A stretch of DNA of 61,426 bases from a virus (Duplodnaviria > Caudoviricetes): positions 1 through 61,426 of the IMG/VR virus record IMGVR_UViG_3300030116_002629. The stretch is one strand, 5' to 3'. A program made the position numbers and the translations under genes. Below are positions 38,264 to 46,155 of the stretch, piece by piece. How positions within the stretch are numbered: the first letter of the stretch is position 1; each line of letters opens with the position of its first letter. The notes under the pieces are model-generated. The model worked only from the letters and a program-made list of their open reading frames with translations, did not search any database and was not told the DNA's origin.

Positions 38264-39017
38264 CTTTTAATTCATTGTCATGTACATTAACATCGGATAG
38301 TTTAATAGCGTCAAGTAACTCTTCACCTCTATCACCGAATATCAATTCAGCTGCCATTTTCATTGGCGTACCTTTTTGTTGAAGTTCAAAGTATTCTCTC
38401 CAACTTCTAACTGATATTCTTTCTTCCATATCCTCTGATAATGAAGTATCTTGTATCACTTGATGCCATGTTTTAGGAAACATCCTTAATGCACTAGGAT
38501 GAATCTCATCAACATGTATTTTAACTGGGAACCTATCTTTAAGTGCCATTGGTAGGCTTTCAGGTAGGCTGTTAGTTGTAGCAATAACATTAAAACCTGA
38601 TTTAGGCCTTACTGTTTCTTTGTCGTCATTATTTAATGTCAACTGTGCTATATCTTTATCATCAAGGATAGCATGTAAGAATGTCATGGCGTCTGGACTA
38701 GCGTGGTCAATCTCATTGACTACCAATCTTCCACCATTTCTCCATGCTTGAATTGCTATACCATCATGCCATTCAAATCCACCGTCAGAGTTTGGCTTGT
38801 AAAAGCCTTCTAAGTTTGCACTAGCAGTATCCTCTGTCATTGTGATTTGATATACATTTGGGTCGCCATTCATATTCAATCCAACCTTATTGGTTGCAGC
38901 AGCATATGTTTTACCAGTCCCTGGTGGACCGTACAACAATATTCTATCGGAGTTTCCGATTGCTGATTTTACTTTATCCCAACAAGTAACTACTTTCGTA
39001 GTCTCTTTCTCACTCAT
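38244..39017 (-). CDS. MoxR/CbbQ/CobS-type AAA+ ATPase
   Basis: GPPGTGKT Walker A; LVVNEID Walker B; IATTN; ALKDRF. Confidence 0.9.
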   Translation of the reverse strand: MSEKETTKVVTCWDKVKSAIGNSDRILLYGPPGTGKTYAAATNKVGLNMNGDPNVYQITMTEDTASANLEGFYKPNSDGGFEWHDGIAIQAWRNGGRLVVNEIDHASPDAMTFLHAILDDKDIAQLTLNNDDKETVRPKSGFNVIATTNSLPESLPMALKDRFPVKIHVDEIHPSALRMFPKTWHQVIQDTSLSEDMEERISVRSWREYFELQQKGTPMKMAAELIFGDRGEELLDAIKLSDVNVHDNELKDVQEEE

Positions 39018-39029
39018 TAGTATCCTTTC

Positions 39030-39353
39030 TTAGAATGGTTTTTCTTCCATTCCATCTATTTTTACAAAACGACAATATATTTCTATAAAGCCGTGTTCTG
39101 GGTTTCTTCGTTGCCTTACTTCAAACAAACCTTTACCTCTAAGGTGTCTGATATTTGTTTGGTTCATGCTTTCGATATTTTGTTTCACACCTGATATCCA
39201 ATTATCAGATTCAGCTATTACATACCATTCATTAGGTGTAGATAATAGTGTTTCTACTTTTTCATCAGTCAATATCGTAGGTGATTTACCTTTACGATTT
39301 GCGTGTGCAACTGGTGGCTTTTTTCTTTCTAACTTACTATTCTGAATCGCCAT
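39030..39353 (-). CDS. Hypothetical protein
   Basis: ORF in the leftward operon. Confidence 0.55.
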   Translation of the reverse strand: MAIQNSKLERKKPPVAHANRKGKSPTILTDEKVETLLSTPNEWYVIAESDNWISGVKQNIESMNQTNIRHLRGKGLFEVRQRRNPEHGFIEIYCRFVKIDGMEEKPF

Positions 39354-39894
39354 CTTTATCCTCTGTCATATCTTTTAGCCATTGTTCTGTTATGTTACCT
39401 GTATTTTCACTATGTTCCATAACTTCAGCAATTGATTTGTCAATCATAGCTTCTTCATTGGCCTCTAATACGCACTGAATAGTAGTTGGTTCCGTAAAGA
39501 AAAACCTATTGAATAAACCTCTATTTCCCATATCATTTAAACACAACATCTGTTCTTCTTGTGTTGCTTTAGGGTCTATAGTTTTAATCCAACCTGTCAT
39601 CATAGCTGCTTTACGGTAAGCGTCTAATCTCATCGCAGCATCTATTGCTTCTTTTGGTCCAACTGCTGGAACTTTATATCTAGTAGCTAGTTCTGTATGT
39701 TCATCAAAGTTAACAAACTTATCACTCCATAAGTATCCATGTTCATCTTCTCTTTGATAAACAATTATAACTACATACATATGAACTTTTTGTTCACCGA
39801 ATGCTACAACATCCCTGTCACTTAACATATTCATTCCTATAAATGAGTCATCATTACAATCATTACAATCGCAACTATCATTTTCTTCAGTCAT
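39337..39894 (-). CDS. Hypothetical protein
   Basis: AAAGGA RBS; overlaps both neighbours. Confidence 0.55.
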   Translation of the reverse strand: MTEENDSCDCNDCNDDSFIGMNMLSDRDVVAFGEQKVHMYVVIIVYQREDEHGYLWSDKFVNFDEHTELATRYKVPAVGPKEAIDAAMRLDAYRKAAMMTGWIKTIDPKATQEEQMLCLNDMGNRGLFNRFFFTEPTTIQCVLEANEEAMIDKSIAEVMEHSENTGNITEQWLKDMTEDKDGDSE

Positions 39895-40195
39895 ATATCA
39901 TTCCTTTCTCTACTTCCCATGTCTCAAAGTTAGCGTGACATCTATCACACCACCATAATTCTGAATGTTCATCGTCAAAATTTAATTCTCCTTCACATAA
40001 TGAACAATAAAATCCTGGTTGTATCTCATTATCAGTTACTAGTTGTAGCATATCTTCAATAATACGCTGCTCAATAAGCAGCTGTTTCTTGTTATACTTC
40101 CACCATCTAATAATGTCATAATTGAAATCACGCAGTCTTATATAGACTTGTTTGTAGAATCTCTTATAATCATTAAATGTCATCCTCATTGTCAA
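39887..40195 (-). CDS. Hypothetical protein with a C-terminal zinc ribbon
   Basis: CSLC..CDRC. Confidence 0.55.
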   Translation of the reverse strand: MTMRMTFNDYKRFYKQVYIRLRDFNYDIIRWWKYNKKQLLIEQRIIEDMLQLVTDNEIQPGFYCSLCEGELNFDDEHSELWWCDRCHANFETWEVEKGMIYD

Positions 40196-40388
40196 CCTTA
40201 ATCTCTACTAAGTCAATCTGATGACTCTCGAATGTAAACAATTTATTGTTATCAGCTAGTTTTACAAGGTTATCAACTTGTTCATCTATCTGGTCAACAG
40301 TTGTTTCTTCTGGGAATGTAAATGTAACCACTACATCTTTGTCCCAGGTTTTCTTTGCTGGGTTTTCATAAACATATGGTTCACTCAT
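40173..40388 (-). CDS. Hypothetical protein
   Basis: ATGA-coupled ORF. Confidence 0.55.
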   Translation of the reverse strand: MSEPYVYENPAKKTWDKDVVVTFTFPEETTVDQIDEQVDNLVKLADNNKLFTFESHQIDLVEIKVDNEDDI

Positions 40389-40588
40389 TGTTCTTCCCTT
40401 CTTGCGACATAATCAAGCTCTTTTACAATGCTTAACTTTAATCTCGCATGTTTAATTTGATTGTGTATTTTTATTTCTTCAACAATACCTTCGCTACTAA
40501 ACTGTTCAAGGTCATTATTAATATCTTTAATAATTTTAATCAATGAACCTTTGGGTAACGATTCTAATTGGTCGTCTAAAACATCCAT
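40385..40588 (-). CDS. Hypothetical protein
   Basis: AAAGGAG RBS. Confidence 0.55.
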   Translation of the reverse strand: MDVLDDQLESLPKGSLIKIIKDINNDLEQFSSEGIVEEIKIHNQIKHARLKLSIVKELDYVARREEQ

Positions 40589-40612
40589 ACATCTCCTTTC
40601 TCTATCATTATA

Positions 40613-40766
40613 TAGATAGCTTGTAGCGTACAGTTTCAGTCATTATGCAAACAGGGGAGTCACACACTCTTACTTCCATACACTACAAGCTACCTACAAC
40701 AATTACTTCCGGGTATACTGTTTATCAAGAGACCTTGAAAAACTCTTGATATTCAATATGTTGTAG
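40613..40766 (-). other. Two long intergenic stem-loops (possible RNase III sites or structured RNA)
   Basis: 40613-40630 pairs with 40679-40696 (G-U pairs work on the minus strand); 40694-40701 with 40759-40766; 40723-40731 with 40743-40751. Confidence 0.5.
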
Positions 40767-40783
40767 AATAGCTTTACTAACTG

Positions 40784-41383
40784 CTAGTTAGCACTTGTTT
40801 CTTCTGTAGGGTCTATTACTAAATTAGCTACTCTGTCAAACATCATAGCATGTTCAGCATATATCTGTTTAGTTTCTTCTTCAGATAATGGGTATTTACT
40901 TTGTACTGGTTCTCTTTCAAATTCGTGCAAAGCAGAATTACTTATCTTTAAATTATATTTTCTAGCAATATCGTTTAATAATTTAAATGGTTCTCCCCAA
41001 GCTGAGTCAAATGTCAAAACAATTTTATTTTCATCCATAAATAATAACTCTGTTTGACAGTCTCCCCATTTGGTTCCCCAGTTTTTGTATTCCCAGTCAA
41101 CTGGTTTATATGTACCATATTTGTCAACTAATTCTTGCTTTGTAATGTCAAGCATTGGCCTAGCACCGTCATCATCCTCAAACCATACATCACATCTAAC
41201 ATCATCAAATGTTCTAGCTCCTTGATGTATAGTTTTGAATATTTTAGGTCTGGGCATACAATTAGTTAAATGATATGCTATTTCACCGTCAGTTGGTTCT
41301 ATATCAGTGATTTTTAGCATAAACTTTTCTAAATCATCACCTTTACCTGTGATTACTATATTGTTATTTGTCCAATTCGGCAT
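40784..41383 (-). CDS. Api92/DUF1281 (YubB ferredoxin-like) family protein
   Basis: MPNWTNN..DWEYKNWGTKWG..LTFDSAWGEP. Confidence 0.75.
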   Translation of the reverse strand: MPNWTNNNIVITGKGDDLEKFMLKITDIEPTDGEIAYHLTNCMPRPKIFKTIHQGARTFDDVRCDVWFEDDDGARPMLDITKQELVDKYGTYKPVDWEYKNWGTKWGDCQTELLFMDENKIVLTFDSAWGEPFKLLNDIARKYNLKISNSALHEFEREPVQSKYPLSEEETKQIYAEHAMMFDRVANLVIDPTEETSAN

Positions 41384-41669
41384 TATCATCTCCCATCATT
41401 TTCTTAGCTTCTTCAATTAATTCATTAATACGAATCATTTCTAATTTTACTTCGTCAGGCACATCTTTATTTTCTTGAGTGAATTTAGTATATTCTTCTC
41501 TAAAATCATCTCTTGATAATACTGTTGCCATAAATTCATTTCTAAATTTATGTGATTTCTTGCCTAAATGCTCAACAATAGCAATTTGAACTGTAGTTAG
41601 TATGTCTATTTGTCTAGTAGCAGTTTCAACGAACTTTTCTAGCTCTTTTAACTCTTTTGGTTTAGCCAT
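41364..41669 (-). CDS. Hypothetical helical protein
   Basis: AAAGGAG RBS. Confidence 0.55.
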   Translation of the reverse strand: MAKPKELKELEKFVETATRQIDILTTVQIAIVEHLGKKSHKFRNEFMATVLSRDDFREEYTKFTQENKDVPDEVKLEMIRINELIEEAKKMMGDDNAELDK

Positions 41670-41805
41670 CTCTCTCCTTTACAACAACTTTTTTGATTGT
41701 ATCTTTACCTTCACCATATGCTTTCATATGGATTTGTGCTTCGTTATAGGAGTAACCTCGTCTAAGGCACTCCCATAACTGCATAATAATTTCTTCCTGA
41801 GACAT
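41662..41805 (-). CDS. Small hypothetical protein, 47 aa
   Basis: MSQEEIIMQLWECLRRGYSYNEAQIHMKAYGEGKDTIKKVVVKERDG; coupled to the upstream stop. Confidence 0.5.
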   Translation of the reverse strand: MSQEEIIMQLWECLRRGYSYNEAQIHMKAYGEGKDTIKKVVVKERDG

Positions 41806-42218
41806 TATTCTTCCTCGTTAATTAAAGTAGCAAGAAAGTCTTTTTGTCCCTTTGCCATATGAAAATCAATATAATCTTTCCATAAAGTATCGAATACATT
41901 TTTTAAGTCTCCGTTACCAATATCATTCTCTGATTGTCCTTGATTTGTATTTAATTTACCAAATCTATCCTTTGGATAAAGTTCTAAATCAAAGAAGTCA
42001 TTGAAATTATGTATAACTTTCCAATGTAATGTTCTATTGTTTATAGTAATGTCAAATTCTATTCCCCCGTGAAATTCTTGAAGTCTTTCGCCTGTTGGAT
42101 TGTTAGTTAGAATTACAACATCTTCTATAAGTTCTTCATACATACCTTCGGGCATTAAATCAATAATACTACCGGCACTATATGATGTAACCATATTTTT
42201 CATCTTTTCCTTTCTCAT
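41805..42218 (-). CDS. Hypothetical protein
   Basis: ORF in the leftward operon; start may be a few codons further in. Confidence 0.55.
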   Translation of the reverse strand: MRKEKMKNMVTSYSAGSIIDLMPEGMYEELIEDVVILTNNPTGERLQEFHGGIEFDITINNRTLHWKVIHNFNDFFDLELYPKDRFGKLNTNQGQSENDIGNGDLKNVFDTLWKDYIDFHMAKGQKDFLATLINEEE

Positions 42219-42253
42219 CTCGCATTTGAACTACTGCGTGACAATTACTACTG

Positions 42254-42281
42254 AAATAAAGGGGGATTTTACTCCCCCTCT
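42254..42281 (-). terminator. Intrinsic terminator after ssb
   Basis: Minus strand AGAGGGGGA-GTAAAA-TCCCCCTTT-ATTT. Confidence 0.6.
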
Positions 42282-42294
42282 ATTAACTAATTTT

Positions 42295-42747
42295 TTATTC
42301 TTGTTCTTCACTAGCATTAGTTTGAACAACTGGATTATCATATCCAAATGTTTCATTTTTAACTGGTGCTTCCCAAATATCTGTAACAACCATTTCGGTC
42401 TTATAGTGCATAACACCTTTATCATCCTCATAGTTATTATTCTGTAATTTTCCAGTAACACCAACTCTTATAAAAGGTTTATTAGTTACTGTACTAACTG
42501 GTGCATTTTGAAGAGTATTAACTATTTTACTAATTAATTTATCTCCATAAGCAACTGCTAGTAGGTTAGCTTGTTTATTTCCTCCATCTAATACGAACTT
42601 AATCCCATTAGCATAAGAGTTTCCTGTTTTGGCTGAACTACCAACTCGTGGCATTCCATCCTCTGTTATTGTTGTCATTAAACCGGTATAATTAATAGTA
42701 TTAATTGTACCTAGGTCTCCTGCAAATTGTTCGAGTCTATCTGTCAT
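42295..42747 (-). CDS. ssb: Single-stranded DNA-binding protein (OB fold)
   Basis: AVAYG..VGVTGKLQNNNYEDDKGVMHYKTEMVVTDI; acidic tail; start MTDRLE after AAAGGAG. Confidence 0.8.
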   Translation of the reverse strand: MTDRLEQFAGDLGTINTINYTGLMTTITEDGMPRVGSSAKTGNSYANGIKFVLDGGNKQANLLAVAYGDKLISKIVNTLQNAPVSTVTNKPFIRVGVTGKLQNNNYEDDKGVMHYKTEMVVTDIWEAPVKNETFGYDNPVVQTNASEEQE

Positions 42748-42784
42748 TATTACTTCATCTCCTTTCAAACAATATACAATATTC

Positions 42785-42822
42785 AAAATAGAAAAAAGAT
42801 AAAAGGGGACCGTTAGGTCCCC
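42785..42822 (-). promoter_or_regulatory. GTTA-hairpin promoter-like element B
   Basis: GGGGACC-GTTA-GGTCCCC at 42805-42822; TATTTT at 42790-42785; directly upstream of ssb. Confidence 0.65.
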
Positions 42823-42828
42823 ATTCTA

Positions 42829-42933
42829 TCATTTATTTTTCAACACATCACTTAGTGTTAACCACCAAGGTTTATTTCTGTGCCATTTATAATATGTTAT
42901 CCAACTAATTATTATCCATAGTTTCTTTAACAT
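42829..42933 (-). CDS. Small Trp-rich peptide, 34 aa
   Basis: MLKKLWIIISWITYYKWHRNKPWWLTLSDVLKNK; fills the gap. Confidence 0.4.
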   Translation of the reverse strand: MLKKLWIIISWITYYKWHRNKPWWLTLSDVLKNK

Positions 42934-42934
42934 A

Positions 42935-43078
42935 TTACTTATTGCCTTTCCATTTTGTATTGAACTTCCAATTAACATTCTCGTTAAGTGGTTGCTCAAA
43001 GCTTATATCCCAACAATCATTACATAACATACCGTCAAGTAATAAATGTTTGGTTTTTGTTTTACAATTAGGACACAT
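42935..43078 (-). CDS. Small zinc-ribbon protein, 47 aa
   Basis: MCPNC...LCNDC. Confidence 0.5.
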   Translation of the reverse strand: MCPNCKTKTKHLLLDGMLCNDCWDISFEQPLNENVNWKFNTKWKGNK

Positions 43079-43274
43079 TATCGTCACTAATTTCTTGGTG
43101 ATAAGAATAAACTATATCTTCTACAATATGTTTACTTCTATCACTTATTTCTTTTAATCCCTTAGCCTCTAATTCTTCAATTTCTTGGGCTGGGAATATA
43201 TTAATTTTTCTTAACAAATTCATACTTTTTGTAAGTGTTAAGACTTCATTGCGTATTTGTTCAAATTCATTCAT
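43068..43274 (-). CDS. Hypothetical protein
   Basis: AAAGGAG RBS. Confidence 0.6.
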   Translation of the reverse strand: MNEFEQIRNEVLTLTKSMNLLRKINIFPAQEIEELEAKGLKEISDRSKHIVEDIVYSYHQEISDDNVS

Positions 43275-43297
43275 CTGAATTTAACTCCTTTCAATAC

Positions 43298-43334
43298 ATA
43301 ATAGAAAGAAGAAGTAAAGGGACCGTTAGGTCCC
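43298..43334 (-). promoter_or_regulatory. GTTA-hairpin promoter-like element C
   Basis: GGGACC-GTTA-GGTCCC at 43319-43334; TATTAT at 43303-43298. Confidence 0.65.
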
Positions 43335-43375
43335 GTTATTCATCTCTCTTTTCTTGTGCGAAAGCTACTAAGTTT

Positions 43376-43419
43376 AAAAAAATACTAAGGGGGGAAAAAG
43401 GGCTATCCCCCCAAAGTAT
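43376..43419 (-). terminator. Intrinsic terminator after the first leftward gene
   Basis: GGGGGGA..TCCCCCC stem followed by a T run on the minus strand. Confidence 0.55.
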
Positions 43420-43426
43420 CAGCTCC

Positions 43427-43714
43427 CTAGTATCTTTCGTAGGTGTCTTTGAAAGCTTTATGGCTAACTTTAAACCATTCTACAAACTCAACAAAGATTG
43501 TATCCGAATAATCATCAGAAGCTGGAACATACTTAAAAGTTCGCTTATCATCTAAGCCATTTAAGTAATCTGTAGCGTCCTCTAAGTTCTCAAACTTAGC
43601 ACGCATTTCTAATAGTAATGTGGAATCAATAGGTTTAGAACTAACCAATTTAGCATTAGTGCCAACTGGAAGCTCTTGGCCTGATATCTCACAAGTATAA
43701 GTTTTCGTAGTCAT
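43427..43714 (-). CDS. Hypothetical protein, first gene of the leftward arm
   Basis: Start MTTKTY after AAAGGAG. Confidence 0.6.
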   Translation of the reverse strand: MTTKTYTCEISGQELPVGTNAKLVSSKPIDSTLLLEMRAKFENLEDATDYLNGLDDKRTFKYVPASDDYSDTIFVEFVEWFKVSHKAFKDTYERY

Positions 43715-43744
43715 TTTAACTCCTTTTTTAACTAACATTAACTT

Positions 43745-43782
43745 GTAATAGAGAGAAGAAGTAAAGAATGCGTTAGCATTCT
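43745..43782 (-). promoter_or_regulatory. GTTA-hairpin promoter-like element D
   Basis: AGAATGC-GTTA-GCATTCT at 43765-43782; same flank and spacing as A-C with a different stem sequence. Confidence 0.65.
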
Positions 43783-43849
43783 AAAGTCCTACTATCTCTT
43801 ATTTAATTTAGAATGTATATGAACAAAAGGGAACATATTAGTCTAAATC

Positions 43850-43946
43850 AAGTTAGAAAGAGTGTAGAAAGTAAGCGTTAGCTTACATACTGTTAAGTAG
43901 CGTTAGCAGAAGTCGTTAGACCTGCAGATGTTAATCTGGCGTTAGC
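43850..43946. repeat. Element E and an array of six GTTA-loop mini-hairpins
   Basis: Stem pairs GTAAGC/GCTTAC, TACT/AGTA, GC/GC, GTC/GAC, CAGAT/ATCTG and GC/GC, each enclosing GTTA, at 43871-43946. Confidence 0.75.
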
Positions 43947-44187
43947 TGTTTTTATATGTATGTGATAAAAAATATGATGGTAATTCTGTATTACTGTATA
44001 GGGGGAGAGCCTGTTTAGGCATGAGCGGGCCTTATATAGTAGTGTTTTAATGATTCAGCTATCTTTTTAATCCTTGAGTACTAGGTTTGTGTTTCTACTT
44101 TATCGTCCTACCGATTCCTAGCTTTCTGCCTCCCGATGGCACCTTTACTTGTAATTAATTTCCTTCTGAATGTTTGTAATTGTTTTT

Positions 44188-44202
44188 AATATAGCATATA
44201 AT
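44188..44202. promoter_or_regulatory. Back-to-back divergent -10 boxes
   Basis: TATAAT (+) at 44197-44202 before terL; TGcTATATT (-) at 44196-44188. Confidence 0.45.
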
Positions 44203-44238
44203 AATATCTAAGCAAGTATCTAAAAAGGATTAGTTTAA

Positions 44239-46155
44239 ATGTCTAACAAGCCCCATAAAGTTTGTGAAGGAACTGGGTGTAAAAAATGGTTAAAAGGAAA
44301 GCAAAGACGCTTTTGTTCTACTACTTGTAATAAAAGAACCTGGGCTCAAGAGAAAGCATCAGGTAAAGAAAACATTACCAAAGCTATTAATAGAGAATTA
44401 AAGTCAGATACTGGTGATTATGCTTCTGTAAGGAGGGGTACTTACTATTCAGAGTTTAAAGCAACCTACGCAGACGACTTAGCAGGGGGCCTAATCACAA
44501 CACTAGAGGTAGCAGAGGCCATTGGGACCAGCTCCGCTACTGTTTCACGCATGCTCGCTGCCTACAAGATAGATAAACAGAATGAAATAAATGCCGAAGG
44601 TTGGGAATTAGATGAAACCCAGACTGAAATTTTAAAAAATTTTTCTAGCTTTCGCTCAAAGTACTTTGCTACTGAAACCGGGGAAAAATTCGAGACAGCA
44701 GACTTTCATGAAAACTGGATATTAAACATAGAAGACTCTATAGAGAACGGTAAAGAGTTATTAATACTGTCACCCCCAAGACATGGAAAGACAGAACTAC
44801 TTATACACTTTGCTATATACCAAATAATGAAAAATCCTAACATAAGAATCATGTGGGTTGGAGGTAACGAGGACATTGCAAAGAATGCATTAAGTTCTGT
44901 ATTAGAACACCTTGATGATAATGAAAGATTGATAGAAGACTTTTGTCCACCAGGTACAAACTTTAAACCTGATAACCGTTCAGGAAAGAACTGGTCACAG
45001 AATCAATTTACTGTAGGTACTAGAACAGTACCAGGTATTAAATCACCAACTATGGTTGCTATAGGTAAGGGTGGAAAGATTCTTTCTCGTGACTGTGACT
45101 TGATTATTGCAGACGACATTGAAGACCACCAGACCACTATGCAACCTGGTGCAAGAGAGAACACTAGACAATGGTGGACCACTACTCTTTCATCAAGAAA
45201 AGAGGAACACACTGCTGTTGTAGTTATTGGTTCAAGGCAACACTCTGATGATTTATACCATCACTTGCTAGGCAATGAAAGTTTTACAACAATAGTTGAA
45301 ACAGCACATGATATGGCCTGTACTATTCCTGACCACTTTGTAGAAGAACATACTGACTGTATGTTATGGCCAGGTAAAAGAACATTCAAATGGTTAATGT
45401 CTCGTATGCAAGCTGCAGAGACAACAGGTGGTAGGAAAATTTATGAAATGGTTTATTACAATCAGGCCTATGTAGAAGGTACACAAATCTTTACTATGGA
45501 TATGATTGATAGTTGTATGCGTAATGATTTAATTATTGGGCAGGTACCAGGCAATTTACATTTAGTTGCCGGACTTGACCCTGCTTCTTCTGGATATCAA
45601 GCAGCTGTACTATGGGGTATAAACTCCTATAGAGGCGAGCTATTTCTTATTGATATAGAGAATAGACAAGGTGGGGGAGTGAAACATGCTTTGCAAATTA
45701 TGTCTGATTGGTATAGCAGGTATGATTTACAACATTGGATTATTGAAGAAAATGGTTTTCAAACTGCTATTAGACAGGATGATAAAATAAAAGAATTTGT
45801 TTTAAGGTCAGGTATAATGATGCAAGGACATGTTACTGGAAAAAATAAACATGACCCTATGTATGGTGTAGGTTCTATGGCTGGTTTATTTGAAAATCAA
45901 AAAATCCACCTACCAGTTGGAAATTCTGAAAGTATTGCTAAAGTTAATGCTTATAAACAACAATTGTTATACTTTGACGGGAAACCAGTGAATCAAAGAA
46001 ACAAAGAAAAGACTGATATAGTCATGGCTGGTTGGTTTCCAATGAAAGTATTCAGAAGAATGAACAAAGAGCAACTTGCTACTATGGGATTAGATTATAA
46101 TGCAAGTTACACAAACTTTGAAGGAAGCGACTATAATGAGGCACCATGGGGATAG
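44239..46155 (+). CDS. terL: Terminase large subunit with a fused N-terminal zinc finger and HTH
   Basis: PPRHGKT Walker A; LIIADD Walker B; GLDPA nuclease motif; N-terminal CEGTGC..CSTTC and LEVAEAIGTSSATVSRML. Confidence 0.9.
   Translation: MSNKPHKVCEGTGCKKWLKGKQRRFCSTTCNKRTWAQEKASGKENITKAINRELKSDTGDYASVRRGTYYSEFKATYADDLAGGLITTLEVAEAIGTSSATVSRMLAAYKIDKQNEINAEGWELDETQTEILKNFSSFRSKYFATETGEKFETADFHENWILNIEDSIENGKELLILSPPRHGKTELLIHFAIYQIMKNPNIRIMWVGGNEDIAKNALSSVLEHLDDNERLIEDFCPPGTNFKPDNRSGKNWSQNQFTVGTRTVPGIKSPTMVAIGKGGKILSRDCDLIIADDIEDHQTTMQPGARENTRQWWTTTLSSRKEEHTAVVVIGSRQHSDDLYHHLLGNESFTTIVETAHDMACTIPDHFVEEHTDCMLWPGKRTFKWLMSRMQAAETTGGRKIYEMVYYNQAYVEGTQIFTMDMIDSCMRNDLIIGQVPGNLHLVAGLDPASSGYQAAVLWGINSYRGELFLIDIENRQGGGVKHALQIMSDWYSRYDLQHWIIEENGFQTAIRQDDKIKEFVLRSGIMMQGHVTGKNKHDPMYGVGSMAGLFENQKIHLPVGNSESIAKVNAYKQQLLYFDGKPVNQRNKEKTDIVMAGWFPMKVFRRMNKEQLATMGLDYNASYTNFEGSDYNEAPWG

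Noticed and set aside
43871-43946. CRISPR or mini-CRISPR array
   Set aside because: The constant unit is only 4-6 nt and the variable parts are self-complementary stems, not spacers; no cas genes.
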